DNA of 64,000 nt from Clostridia bacterium (GTDB lineage Bacteria > Bacillota > Clostridia > Oscillospirales > CAG-272): the NCBI GenBank assembly GCA_017625065.1, contig JAGALS010000075.1, positions 3,659-67,658 of the forward strand, given 5' to 3'. The notes below the pieces were generated by a model. It saw only the letters and a list, made by a program, of their open reading frames with translations, made no database searches and was not told the origin of the DNA. Numbering within the stretch: position 1 is the stretch's first letter; each line of letters begins with the position of its first letter. The position numbers and the translations under genes were made by a program. This document shows positions 33,814-43,838 of this stretch, piece by piece.

Positions 33814-34638
33814 ATGAAAAATACGATCTCAACTCTTCTTGCCGCGCGGGGCATTTCGCTGTCTGCCCCCATCGCGCTCAAGGATTGCAATATCACGCGT
33901 CCCTATCTGTTGGAGCGCGTCGGGATCACCGACGGCACTGCCTTTCTTTTCGCTGTACCTTATTATACCACAAAATGTGACGATCCCGCAAGAAATATTT
34001 CAGCATATGCCGTTTCCCGTGATTATCACCGCTTTTTTGCGGCGCTTTTTGATGTGCTTCTGCCCATTTTGCGGAATCGATTTCCCGCATATAAATTTGC
34101 GGGCTTCACCGATCATTCCCCCATTGCGGAGGGCGAAGCCGCCGTACGGGCAGGGCTTGGATTTTTTGGGTGTAATCACCTCTTTTTAACGACCGAATTC
34201 TCCTCTTACGTGTTTTTGGGAGAGATCGTGACCGATGCCATCATCGAAGCGCCGTCGGGCGAGATCAAGGTCTGCTCCGGCTGCGGTGCGTGCCACGCGG
34301 CTTGCCCCGTCGATCTGACGGTCTCAGAGTGCCTTTCGGCGCTGACACAGAAAAAAGGAGCTCTGAGCGCTACCGAGCAAAATGCCGTCCTCGCGCACGG
34401 CTGCGCCTGGGGCTGCGACCGCTGCCAGGAGGCCTGCCCCGTGACAAGGCAAGCCAAGCAAAGCGGCAGTATTTACACGACGATACCCTTTTTCAAGGAC
34501 AACGCGATCTCCCATCTGACCGCGGATCTGGTCCGCGCTATGAGTGAGGAGGAATTTGCCGCAAGAGCATATAGCTGGCGCGGCCGCGAGGTCATTTTGA
34601 GAAATCTGGAATTTTTAGAAAAAGGAGAGCCTGTATGA
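33814..34638 (+). CDS. QueG-like epoxyqueuosine reductase homologue (short form, 2x 4Fe-4S)
   Basis: ISAYAVSRDYH, FTDHSPIAEGEAAVRAGLGFFG and SYVFLGEIVTD resemble QueG. Ferredoxin motifs CSGCGACHAACP and CDRCQEACP are present. At 274 aa it is shorter than canonical QueG. The stop overlaps the addB start. Confidence 0.6.
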   Translation: MKNTISTLLAARGISLSAPIALKDCNITRPYLLERVGITDGTAFLFAVPYYTTKCDDPARNISAYAVSRDYHRFFAALFDVLLPILRNRFPAYKFAGFTDHSPIAEGEAAVRAGLGFFGCNHLFLTTEFSSYVFLGEIVTDAIIEAPSGEIKVCSGCGACHAACPVDLTVSECLSALTQKKGALSATEQNAVLAHGCAWGCDRCQEACPVTRQAKQSGSIYTTIPFFKDNAISHLTADLVRAMSEEEFAARAYSWRGREVILRNLEFLEKGEPV

Positions 34639-37600
34639 TCCGATTTCTATACCGCGCAAGCAGTGAAAAAACACGGGCGCTGTTGATCGACAGCATCCGT
34701 GCCGATCTTGATGCGGGCAAAAAGGCGATCTTACTTGTACCTGAGCAGGAAACGGTCAGCGCGGAGCGCCGTATGCTGAATGCCCTCCCCTCTTCGGCAC
34801 AGCTTTCCTTTGAGGTACTGAACTTTTCACGCCTTGCCAACCGTGTTTTCCGTACCGTTGGCGGACTTTCCTACCGTGTTGCCTCCCCCGCGGTTTCTGC
34901 CCTTCTAATGTGGCGCGCCTTGGTTGATCTCGCGCCGTTGTTCAAGCAATACAGCGCAAGCGCCGTCAAGGACACGGCGCTTTGCGAGCTGATGCTGAAG
35001 ACCGAGGCACAATGCAAGGCTTCCTGCGTGAGCGCTGATGATCTTTTGCGCGCCGCAGATGCTCTGCCCGAGGGAGAGCCGCTTCGGGACAAGCTGACCG
35101 ATATCGGGCTGACTCTTTCATGCTATGAGCAGCAGCTTGGCGAGCGCTTTGATAACGCAGAGGATGAGCTCAGCCGACTTGGCGCTGTTCTTGGCAAAGA
35201 GGGCAAGACGCTCTTTGGCGACACGCACATTTACATTGATTCCTTCACCGATTTCACTGTACAGGAGCTTGCGGTGCTGCGCGCGCTTTTTGCCGCCGCC
35301 CCATCCGTTTGTGTGACCTTTCCCCTGAAAAGCTCACGGGAAACGGGGATCCATCTCGCCTCGGTCATCGACACCCATAAAAAGCTGTTGCGTATGGCAA
35401 GGGATCTTTCCCTGCGTGTCTTTTTTGAGGAAGGTGAGGATGCACGGCCCGACACCGCTTTGTCTTATTTTTCTCACAATCTCTTCGATATGACGGCAGA
35501 GCCCGCACCGCTTTCGATGCACGAAAGCGGCGAGCTCTCGCTTTGTCAGTGCGCTTCCCCCTTTGAGGAAGCCACTGCCGCCGCCGCAGATATTCAACGC
35601 CTTGTGAGGAGCGGCTGCCGCTATCGGGATATTACCGTGGTGGTACGTGATGCAAATGCGTGGAACGGTATTCTGGATGCCGCGCTTGAAAAGGAAGACA
35701 TTCCCTTCTTCCTTTCCGAAAAACGCGATATTACCGTGTATCCCTTGATCAAGCTGATCCTTGAGGCGCTGCGCATCAAGCTGCGCGGCTGGCGGGATGA
35801 GGACGTGATGGGGTATCTGAAAACGGGACTCTGCGGCATCGCCGCCGACGACATCAACCTGTTTGAGGAATACGTCAACGTTTGGCATCCGCGAGGCGAA
35901 AGGGCTTATACAAGCGCTGCCTTTTCAAAAAATCCCGACGGTTATGCGGTCAAGATCTCCGATCGCGGCGCACGCATTCTGGAGGGCGCAAACCGTGTCA
36001 GAGAGGCTATGGTGCCCCCTCTTCTTGCATTTTTTGAGGCGTTGGACAAGGCCAAGGATGCAACCGATCAGTGCCGCGCCTTGTATCAATTTTTAACCGA
36101 TCTTCATATTCCCGAAATTCTGAAGGAGCAAGCGACACAGCGCCTGCAAGCGGGCGAGCGCCGTGAGGCGCAGGAGCTGTCGCGCCTGTACGGCATTGCC
36201 GTGGATGCAATGGAGGAGATCTCGAACGCCATCGGCGACAAGCATTTGACGGTTGCCGAATTTGCAGATGCGTTGAAGCTGGTCTTCGCGCGCACCGATA
36301 TCGGTACGATCCCCACGTCAGCAGACGAGGTCACCATCGGCTCCGCTTCAATGCTGCGCGCCGATCATCCCCGATTCGTGCTGATCCTGGGGCTTAACGA
36401 GGGCGTTTTTCCGCAAACGGTGTCAAGCGACGGACTGCTTGGCGATGCGGAAAAGAAAAGGCTTGCCGAGCTTGGGGTGGAGTTCCCTACCGACAGCGCC
36501 AAGCTTGCCTGCGATGAGCTGTTTTATCTCTACCGTGCCGTTTCTGCTCCCTGCGAGGGCCTACACCTGTATTACGCAACGACCACAACCGACGGTAAGG
36601 CGCTTTCGCCTTCGATCGCGATCGACCGTCTGAAGGCACTGTTCCCCAAGCTGGAAAAGAGGTTATTCGCCGCAGAAGATCCCATCGATCGTATTTTCAC
36701 CCCGGCAGGGGCAATGGAAGCACTTGCCGAGCTGCCGCAAGACACAAAGGATGCTGTCTTGGAGCTTCTTTTGCAAAACGGTGTAACGGCAGCCAACGGC
36801 CTCTGCCGCCCCGTAGTCGAATCGGATGCTTCCGTATCCGAAAAAACCGCAAACCGTCTTTTCGCGAAGGGACGCTTCAACCCCACACATCTGGAAAGCT
36901 TTTCCTCTTGCCGTTTTGCGTATTATTGCGGCAAGGTCCTGCGCCTTCGCGAGGAGCCGGGCGATGCAATGAGCTCGGCGGGAGTCGGCAATTTTATTCA
37001 CCACGTCCTGGAGCATATTATGCTGACCGTACAGCGAGAAAAGCTGCCGTTTTCCGCATACGGTGATGAAAAACAGGCACAAATGGTGCGCGAAATTTGC
37101 GCAGATTATCAAAAAGAGCTTGAGGAGTCGGGCAATGAATTGACACCGCGTACCGCAGCTCTGCTCGCCCGTCTCGGTAAGCTTGCAAAGCTGATCGTTT
37201 CGGGACTGTTTGCCGAATTTTCCGACAGCTTGTTCAAGCCCGCGTTTTTGGAGCTCGATCTGAATGCCATTGGCGAGCGCCCTGCGGTCACGCTGCAAAA
37301 CGGTGCCGAGATCCCGCTTTCGGGCAAGGCTGACCGCGTGGATTTCTGGCAAGACGAAAAAGGGCGCGCCTATCTGCGTGTGGCGGACTATAAAACAGGC
37401 ACGCGCTCCTTTGATGCACAGGATATCGCCAAGGGCTTTTGCTTGCAGATGCCGCTGTATCTGCTTGCGCTTTGCCGCGGCAATCACAAGGAGCTGTGCC
37501 GCCGCTTGGATCTGCCCGAGGATACCGTTTTTCACCCTGCGGGTGTCAGCTATCTTTCCTCTGCCATCGGCACGGAGAACACCGATTCCAGACGCCCCGA

Positions 37601-37913
37601 AAAGGATGCGATGAAGGATGCCGTAGAACGGCTTTCGCGTGAAGGCTTGGTGCTTGCCGACACTGAAGTACAGCACGCTATGTCTCTGTCGGGCAACAAA
37701 GCCATTCTTGGCGGCGGTCGCAGTAAAAGCAAGCAAGCGCTCAGCGCAGAGGAATTTGATGCGCTGTTCGTGACCTTAGAAAACACCATTGCGGACATTG
37801 CCGCCTGTATGAAAAAGGGAGAGGCGCAGGCGCTTCCCCACGCTCACGGCACACGTAAGCCCTGCGAATACTGCGCCTTTGGCGCCGTTTGCCGCGCGGC
37901 ACAAAAAAGGTAA
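34635..37913 (+). CDS. addB: Helicase-exonuclease AddAB, subunit AddB
   Basis: 1092 aa immediately upstream of addA. C-terminal RecB-type nuclease (GKADRVD...VADYKTG) with Fe-S cysteines (C...CEYCAFGAVC). The N-terminal Walker A is degenerate (RASSEKT). Confidence 0.9.
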   Translation: MIRFLYRASSEKTRALLIDSIRADLDAGKKAILLVPEQETVSAERRMLNALPSSAQLSFEVLNFSRLANRVFRTVGGLSYRVASPAVSALLMWRALVDLAPLFKQYSASAVKDTALCELMLKTEAQCKASCVSADDLLRAADALPEGEPLRDKLTDIGLTLSCYEQQLGERFDNAEDELSRLGAVLGKEGKTLFGDTHIYIDSFTDFTVQELAVLRALFAAAPSVCVTFPLKSSRETGIHLASVIDTHKKLLRMARDLSLRVFFEEGEDARPDTALSYFSHNLFDMTAEPAPLSMHESGELSLCQCASPFEEATAAAADIQRLVRSGCRYRDITVVVRDANAWNGILDAALEKEDIPFFLSEKRDITVYPLIKLILEALRIKLRGWRDEDVMGYLKTGLCGIAADDINLFEEYVNVWHPRGERAYTSAAFSKNPDGYAVKISDRGARILEGANRVREAMVPPLLAFFEALDKAKDATDQCRALYQFLTDLHIPEILKEQATQRLQAGERREAQELSRLYGIAVDAMEEISNAIGDKHLTVAEFADALKLVFARTDIGTIPTSADEVTIGSASMLRADHPRFVLILGLNEGVFPQTVSSDGLLGDAEKKRLAELGVEFPTDSAKLACDELFYLYRAVSAPCEGLHLYYATTTTDGKALSPSIAIDRLKALFPKLEKRLFAAEDPIDRIFTPAGAMEALAELPQDTKDAVLELLLQNGVTAANGLCRPVVESDASVSEKTANRLFAKGRFNPTHLESFSSCRFAYYCGKVLRLREEPGDAMSSAGVGNFIHHVLEHIMLTVQREKLPFSAYGDEKQAQMVREICADYQKELEESGNELTPRTAALLARLGKLAKLIVSGLFAEFSDSLFKPAFLELDLNAIGERPAVTLQNGAEIPLSGKADRVDFWQDEKGRAYLRVADYKTGTRSFDAQDIAKGFCLQMPLYLLALCRGNHKELCRRLDLPEDTVFHPAGVSYLSSAIGTENTDSRRPEKDAMKDAVERLSREGLVLADTEVQHAMSLSGNKAILGGGRSKSKQALSAEEFDALFVTLENTIADIAACMKKGEAQALPHAHGTRKPCEYCAFGAVCRAAQKR

Positions 37914-37925
37914 AGGAGGATATCA

Positions 37926-40900
37926 ATGGGACGTACGTGGACCGCGGCACAAGCTGCCGCTATGAGTGAAAAAAACAAAACACTGTTGGTATCCGCCGCC
38001 GCGGGCTCGGGCAAGACCGCGGTGCTCACCGAGCGCATCATCCGCTCGCTCACCGATCCTGAAGATCCTGCTGATATTTCTCGCATTCTGGTGGTGACCT
38101 TCACCCGTGCCGCGGCGGGTGAGCTGCGGCATCGCATCTCAAGCGCGCTTTCCGCGGCGCTCACGCTTGACCCCACGAATACGCATCTGGCGCGTCAGCT
38201 GATGCTGCTGGGCGGTGCGCACATTTCCACCATCGATTCCTTCTATTTCGATCTGGTGCGCTCGCACTTTCAGGCGGCGGGCTTCCCTCCTTCTTTCCGA
38301 ATGGCGGACGACACCGAGCTTGTCACGTTGCGCCGAGACACGATGAATGATGCGATCGATGCGATGTATGAGAAAAACAAGCAATTTTCGCTGATCTCGG
38401 ATATTTTTTGTAACATCCGAAGCGAGGAGTCTCTTGCCGAAACGCTGATCGACATATACGAGCGCCTGAACAAATATCCCGAATCGATCGATATTCTGCT
38501 TCGATCCGCAAGGGAGATCGAGGAGGGTGCCAATACACCTCTTGACACGGGCTTCGGAGAGGTCTGGCTGGATGCGGTACGAGAGCTTGCACAAAGCGGA
38601 GTCACACTTTTTGAGCAAGCCATTGCCGCTTTATCTGCCGAGGCTGAAACCGAAAAGCTGAACAAAAAATTTGCACCGCTTTACACAGAAATTGCCGAAC
38701 GGTGCAAGAATTTATTGACAGCAATTGATACAAAAGACTATGATGCCATCCGTGCCCTGCTTTGTGATCCTTTCTGTGCATCGCTGACGGGTGGGCGCTT
38801 GCCCGCTATGTCCGATGCCTTCCTCACCTTGCGCCAGCTTTGTGACCTTTTCCGCGAAAAATGGAAGAAAAACGCACCCGTTTGGGGGGCAATTTCAAAA
38901 AAAGAGATCGCTGAAAGCGCCACGGAGAGCGCTACGGTCCTGCGATTGCTTCACGAAACGTTGAGCATATTTGCAAGCAATTATCAAGAGCTGAAAACAA
39001 CGCGCGAGATCGCTGAATTTTCCGACGTATCGCGTGCCGCGTACCGTCTTTTGGTCGATGCCAAGGGCGATCTCACCCCCTTGGCAAGGGAGCTTTCCAC
39101 CTCGTACGATGCCATATACATTGATGAGTATCAGGACGTGGATGCTATGCAGGACGCGACCTTCCGCGCCATTTCCACACCGCGCAACCGCTTTATGGTG
39201 GGCGATATCAAGCAAAGCATTTACCGCTTCCGCGGCGCACAGCCTGCGGTCTTCGCGGGCTACCGCAAATCCTTCCCTCTTTTGGAGGAAGCCGAAGGTG
39301 ATGCCGAAGCCGCAAGCATCTTTATGTCAAACTGCTTCCGCTGTGACGAAAATGTGATCCGCTTTTCCAATGCGGTCTCGGGCTTTCTCTTTTCTCGCAG
39401 TGCCGAAAGCATCGGCTACACCTCCGATGATGATCTTGTCTTTTCAAAGATCCCCCCGCGAGAGGATTACACGTCCGAAAAATGCCGCCTTCTGCTGCTG
39501 GACAGAAAGCCCAAGAAGGACCGCGAGGAGGGCGAGGACCGTGAAAGCGCGCTTTTGGAAGCGCGTATGGTCGCCGCCGAGATTGCCCGTCTTTTAAAGG
39601 AGGAACGCAAGGCAGACGGCACCCCCATCGTTGCCGCCGATATTGCTGTGCTGATGCGTAGCACCTCTCACGCGGCACCTCTTTCCAAAGCGCTTGCCGC
39701 ATACGGGATCCCCACCAACGATACCTCGCGCCGCAGCTTCTTTGAAAATCCCGAGGTGCTGTGTATGTACAGCCTTTTGGCGGCGATCGATAACCCCTTT
39801 CGTGATATTTATCTTGCCGCTGCGCTTCGTTCCCCGTTCTTTGGATTTTCTCTTGAGGATCTGGTGTCGATCCGCTCGGCGGGTGAAGGCTCGCTTTCCT
39901 TGTACGAAGCGCTCTGCGAGGCGGCGAAAAACGATGTCAATGATGTGCTTTTGAACGCAAAAATTCAGGATTTCTTGACCCGTCTTGCCACTTATCGCCA
40001 AAAAGCGCAGTCGCTTTCGGTAGACAAGCTCTTGCGTTATCTCTACCGTGAGACCGCAGTCCTTTCCTTCTCGGGATATGAGAAGAACGAGAACGGAACG
40101 GCTGTGCGGCAAGGCAATTTGAATCGGCTTTATGAGTATGCGCGCACCTTTGAATCGGGTGGCTTCAAGGGGCTGTATCAATTCATCCGCTACGTGGATA
40201 GTATTATGGAAAACGGCACGCAGATGCCTGCCCCCGAAGGAGATCCGAACGCCGTTTCTCTGATCACCGTCCATCACTCAAAGGGCTTGGAATACCCCGT
40301 TTGCTTCCTTGTCGGCACTGCTTCGCGCTTCAACGAGGATGATCGCAAGGCGACGCTTCTTTCTGACGAGCGATTGGGCTGTGCGACACGCCTTTGCAAT
40401 GCGGGACCCTTCTCAAGGACCAACACCTTCCACCGTCAAGCGATCTCGCTTGAGATCCGCAGGCAGAACCGCGAAGAGGAGATGCGCGTGCTTTACGTCG
40501 CGATGACACGCGCAAGAGAGCGCCTTTACGTGACGGCAGCACCCCAATACGGTGTTGAAAAGGCGATGAATCGCGCTCTGCTTGCAAGCCACCCTCACGC
40601 GGGCGTTCTCGCGACCGACGGCAGCTGCTATCTGGATTGGATCCTTGCCTCACTGCAACGCCCCGATGCAAAAGAGTTTTCCGAGATCCTGATCATTCCC
40701 GAGGAAGAGCTTGGCTTGATAGAGGATCAGATCAATATTCCCGCAGACGGTATCCAAAAAGATGAGCAAACGACGTCAAAGGAAGCCGTTTCAGCACCCA
40801 TGCTCGAGCTTTTGAAGCAGCGCTTTTCCCATACTTATCCGCACGCGCATCTGACCAAATTGCCCGCAAAGCTTTCTGTCTCACGGCTTTCCCCTGTTGT

Positions 40901-41573
40901 TTTGGACGTATATGACAGTGATGACGAAACAAGCACCTCCTTGCTGCAGGACGAGGACGCGGAAGCATTGCTTCACACCTTTGACCGCGCGCCCTTGTTT
41001 GAGGGCAAGGCTCCCGATGCCGCCGCGCGCGGTACTGCCACGCACGAATTTTTGCAATTTTGTGACTTCCAACGCGCAGAAAAGAATGGCGTTAAGTCCG
41101 AGCTGGAGCGCTTGATCCACGAAAAATATCTTTCGCCCGAAACAAAAGCCGCCGTCAGGACAAACGAGCTGGAGCTGTTCTTCCAAAGCAGCTTCTATAA
41201 GTCGCTGATGAGCGCGAAAGAGCTTTACCGTGAGACACGCTTTAACATTTTCCTTTCTGCCGACACATTTACCAGTGATGCTGCCTTCGCCGAGCAATTG
41301 CGGGACGAAAAGCTGCTGGTGCAAGGCGTGATCGACCTGTTTTACACGGACGCTGACGGAAAGCTTGTGCTTTGCGATTACAAAACAGACCGCCTTTCGC
41401 CAGAAGAATTGCGAGATCCGAGTGCCGCTGCGCGCAAGCTGATGGCACGACACGGACAGCAGCTTTCCTATTATGCTATGGCGCTTGCCGAGATCTGCGG
41501 CAAGGCGCCCGATCGCATTCTGATCTATTCCCTGCCGCTTGGCGAGGCGGTGGAGGTCGATTTGGACAAATAA
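37926..41573 (+). CDS. addA: Helicase-exonuclease AddAB, subunit AddA (UvrD/Rep-type helicase plus nuclease)
   Basis: Walker A AAAGSGKTAVLTERI, DEYQD, and the C-terminal nuclease GVIDLFY...LCDYKTD. AAGGAGG RBS before ATG 37926. Confidence 0.93.
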   Translation: MGRTWTAAQAAAMSEKNKTLLVSAAAGSGKTAVLTERIIRSLTDPEDPADISRILVVTFTRAAAGELRHRISSALSAALTLDPTNTHLARQLMLLGGAHISTIDSFYFDLVRSHFQAAGFPPSFRMADDTELVTLRRDTMNDAIDAMYEKNKQFSLISDIFCNIRSEESLAETLIDIYERLNKYPESIDILLRSAREIEEGANTPLDTGFGEVWLDAVRELAQSGVTLFEQAIAALSAEAETEKLNKKFAPLYTEIAERCKNLLTAIDTKDYDAIRALLCDPFCASLTGGRLPAMSDAFLTLRQLCDLFREKWKKNAPVWGAISKKEIAESATESATVLRLLHETLSIFASNYQELKTTREIAEFSDVSRAAYRLLVDAKGDLTPLARELSTSYDAIYIDEYQDVDAMQDATFRAISTPRNRFMVGDIKQSIYRFRGAQPAVFAGYRKSFPLLEEAEGDAEAASIFMSNCFRCDENVIRFSNAVSGFLFSRSAESIGYTSDDDLVFSKIPPREDYTSEKCRLLLLDRKPKKDREEGEDRESALLEARMVAAEIARLLKEERKADGTPIVAADIAVLMRSTSHAAPLSKALAAYGIPTNDTSRRSFFENPEVLCMYSLLAAIDNPFRDIYLAAALRSPFFGFSLEDLVSIRSAGEGSLSLYEALCEAAKNDVNDVLLNAKIQDFLTRLATYRQKAQSLSVDKLLRYLYRETAVLSFSGYEKNENGTAVRQGNLNRLYEYARTFESGGFKGLYQFIRYVDSIMENGTQMPAPEGDPNAVSLITVHHSKGLEYPVCFLVGTASRFNEDDRKATLLSDERLGCATRLCNAGPFSRTNTFHRQAISLEIRRQNREEEMRVLYVAMTRARERLYVTAAPQYGVEKAMNRALLASHPHAGVLATDGSCYLDWILASLQRPDAKEFSEILIIPEEELGLIEDQINIPADGIQKDEQTTSKEAVSAPMLELLKQRFSHTYPHAHLTKLPAKLSVSRLSPVVLDVYDSDDETSTSLLQDEDAEALLHTFDRAPLFEGKAPDAAARGTATHEFLQFCDFQRAEKNGVKSELERLIHEKYLSPETKAAVRTNELELFFQSSFYKSLMSAKELYRETRFNIFLSADTFTSDAAFAEQLRDEKLLVQGVIDLFYTDADGKLVLCDYKTDRLSPEELRDPSAAARKLMARHGQQLSYYAMALAEICGKAPDRILIYSLPLGEAVEVDLDK

Positions 41574-41612
41574 ACAAAAACAGAGGGAGCCGTGGCTTCC
41601 TCTGTTTTTGTT
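41574..41612. terminator. Bidirectional terminator between addA and the DHH gene
   Basis: AACAAAAACAGAGGGA-loop-TTCCTCTGTTTTTGTT. Confidence 0.7.
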
Positions 41613-42595
41613 TATTTACGGATCGCGTCCAGAACAAGGCGTTCGGCTTCCTCGACGTCCTTTGCCTCAACCGTCGCGCCTGCGGCGCGGCGGTGTCCGC
41701 CGCCACCGAATTTGGCACAGACGGCGGCAACGTCAAAATCAACGTTGGCGCGCATCGAAACGCGAAAAAGTCGTTCTTTTTCAATTTGGCGGATGAAAAC
41801 GGCGATCTCAACGCCCTCGACCGAGCGGACAACGTCCACGACAGTGGAAAGATGCTCATCCTGCAGCTTGTTAAACTGCTTATCCTCAAAGGAAATGGCG
41901 CTGATGCCGATCCTTCCCTTGTCGTACAGATGCAATTTGTCAAAGCCAAGTCGCTCGGCGCGAAGCACGGGAAAGCTTTTTACGCCGAACAGTCTGTGGC
42001 TGATCTCTGCCACATCGACACCGCTTTCCACAAGCGCCGCCGCACGCAAGTGCGTTTCCTTTGTGACGTTGGAAAAGCGGAATCCGCCCGTATCGCCGCT
42101 GATGGCGGCATAGAGCAGCGAATCGCAAATGCTTGGTGCATTCTTGCCCGAAGCGGCGATCAGGTCATACACGATCTCGCCGCAGGCGGCGGCGCCCGGC
42201 ACAATCAGATGATCGGCATAGGGGGTTCCCATCTCGTGATGGTCGATCATCAGCGAAATGCGGTCGCCGTAAAGCGCATACAGCGCACCCAACTGCGAAG
42301 GCGATGCGGTATCGACGCTGACAAAGCGCGTATTCTCGAACCCATCGGGCAAACTTGAAGGCAGCACGCTTTCCTGCAGGCCCTCGGTCAAAAACGACAG
42401 ACGGGCGGGTACCTCGTCGGCGCAAAGGCAATAGCTGGGGCTGCCCTGCGACTCCAGAAACGCGGCAAGCGCAAACGCCGATCCAACAGCATCGGCATCG
42501 GGATGAATATGGAACAGAATACAGGTCGGCTGCGGCACGAGCAAGCGCTCAAGCGCTTCTTGAAGGCTGAGTGCCTGATAAGTCTTTTCACTCAT
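41612..42595 (-). CDS. nrnA: DHH/DHHA1 phosphoesterase (NrnA-type oligoribonuclease/pAp phosphatase)
   Basis: HIHPDADAVGS, MIDHH and GGGGHRRAAG motifs. It sits directly downstream of rbfA, as in many Firmicutes. Confidence 0.8.
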   Translation of the reverse strand: MSEKTYQALSLQEALERLLVPQPTCILFHIHPDADAVGSAFALAAFLESQGSPSYCLCADEVPARLSFLTEGLQESVLPSSLPDGFENTRFVSVDTASPSQLGALYALYGDRISLMIDHHEMGTPYADHLIVPGAAACGEIVYDLIAASGKNAPSICDSLLYAAISGDTGGFRFSNVTKETHLRAAALVESGVDVAEISHRLFGVKSFPVLRAERLGFDKLHLYDKGRIGISAISFEDKQFNKLQDEHLSTVVDVVRSVEGVEIAVFIRQIEKERLFRVSMRANVDFDVAAVCAKFGGGGHRRAAGATVEAKDVEEAERLVLDAIRK

Positions 42596-42596
42596 T

Positions 42597-42980
42597 TCAG
42601 TCTCCCTCCTTTTCCGTTTGCTCCTCTTCTTCCTCAGGATCGGTGATCGTGATCGAATTCAGCAGCTTGGAAATATGGGCACCGTAGGCGATGGAATCAT
42701 CCTCAACAAAGGTGAACTCGGGGGTCGCACGCAGATTCATCCGCTGTGCCACCTGACGGCGGATGAAGCCCGCCGAGGACTTGAGCCCGAGGTAGACCTC
42801 TTTTTTATCGCCCCGCATCGCCGAATAAAAGACCTTCGCGTATTTGAGATCGGGGGTCACATCCACGCCCGTGACGCTGATAAACGCACCACTGACACGA
42901 GGATCCTTGACCTCGCGCAGGATCTCAGCAAGGGTCTTTTGCATTTCATCGTTGATTCTTCCTCTGCGGTAGTTAGCCAT
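42597..42980 (-). CDS. rbfA: Ribosome-binding factor A
   Basis: RINDEMQKTLAEILREVKDPRV...ISVTGVDVTPDLKYAKVF, plus an acidic C-terminal tail. Confidence 0.92.
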   Translation of the reverse strand: MANYRRGRINDEMQKTLAEILREVKDPRVSGAFISVTGVDVTPDLKYAKVFYSAMRGDKKEVYLGLKSSAGFIRRQVAQRMNLRATPEFTFVEDDSIAYGAHISKLLNSITITDPEEEEEQTEKEGD

Positions 42981-43005
42981 ACACTTCTCTCCTCTTTGTA
43001 AAACA

Positions 43006-43030
43006 GGGCTGCCGCGATCGCAGCAGCCCC
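43006..43030. terminator. Hairpin terminator downstream of tpiA
   Basis: GGGCTGCCGCGATCGCAGCAGCCCC with T-rich flanks on both strands. Confidence 0.6.
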
Positions 43031-43043
43031 GTTATCTTGTTTT

Positions 43044-43811
43044 TTACTGTGCAGCGTCTACGATAGCGGCAAACGCAGCGGACTTGAGCGATGCGCCACC
43101 GATAAGGCCGCCGTCCACGTTGACCTTGGACAGAAGCTCAGCAGCATTCTTATCGTTCATAGAGCCGCCGTACTGAACGGTAACGGTCTCGGCAACGTCA
43201 GCACCAAACATCTCGGCGATGGCAGCGCGAACATAGCCGTTGCCCTCGTCAGCCTGATCAGCGGTAGCGGTCACGCCGGTACCGATCGCCCAAACGGGCT
43301 CGTAAGCAACGATCACGTTCTTCAGCTGCTCTGCAGTGACATTGGTCAGTGCCATCTTGGTTTGGAACTTGAGCAACGTCTCGGTGTAGCCAAGCTCTCT
43401 TTGCTCCAGGGTCTCACCGACGCAAACGATGGGCTTCAGGCCTGCGTTCAAAGCGGCAAGGGTACGAAGGTTAACGGTCTGGTCGGTCTCAGCAAAGTAC
43501 TGACGGCGCTCGGAGTGGCCGATGACAACATACTCAACGCCGGCCTCGGTCAGCATTTCAGCGGAGATCTCACCGGTGTAAGCGCCGGAAGCCTTGAAGT
43601 GCACGTTCTCGGCACCGATCTTGATGTTGGAGCCCTTTGCAGCCTCAATGGCAGCAGGAATATCGATCGCGGGCACGCAAAGCACCACGTCGCAAGCATC
43701 CTTGCCTGCAACCAGGGGCTTCATCTCATTGATGAGCGCGGTTGCGGATGCGGGGGTCATATTCATCTTCCAGTTACCGGCAATGACGGTTCTTCTCTTT
43801 GCGGTGTTCAT
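43044..43811 (-). CDS. tpiA: Triose-phosphate isomerase
   Basis: VIAGNWKMN, IGHSERR, AYEPVWAIGTG and YGGS signatures. Confidence 0.95.
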   Translation of the reverse strand: MNTAKRRTVIAGNWKMNMTPASATALINEMKPLVAGKDACDVVLCVPAIDIPAAIEAAKGSNIKIGAENVHFKASGAYTGEISAEMLTEAGVEYVVIGHSERRQYFAETDQTVNLRTLAALNAGLKPIVCVGETLEQRELGYTETLLKFQTKMALTNVTAEQLKNVIVAYEPVWAIGTGVTATADQADEGNGYVRAAIAEMFGADVAETVTVQYGGSMNDKNAAELLSKVNVDGGLIGGASLKSAAFAAIVDAAQ

Positions 43812-43838
43812 ATCTATTCTTTCCTTTCAAGTTCAAAA

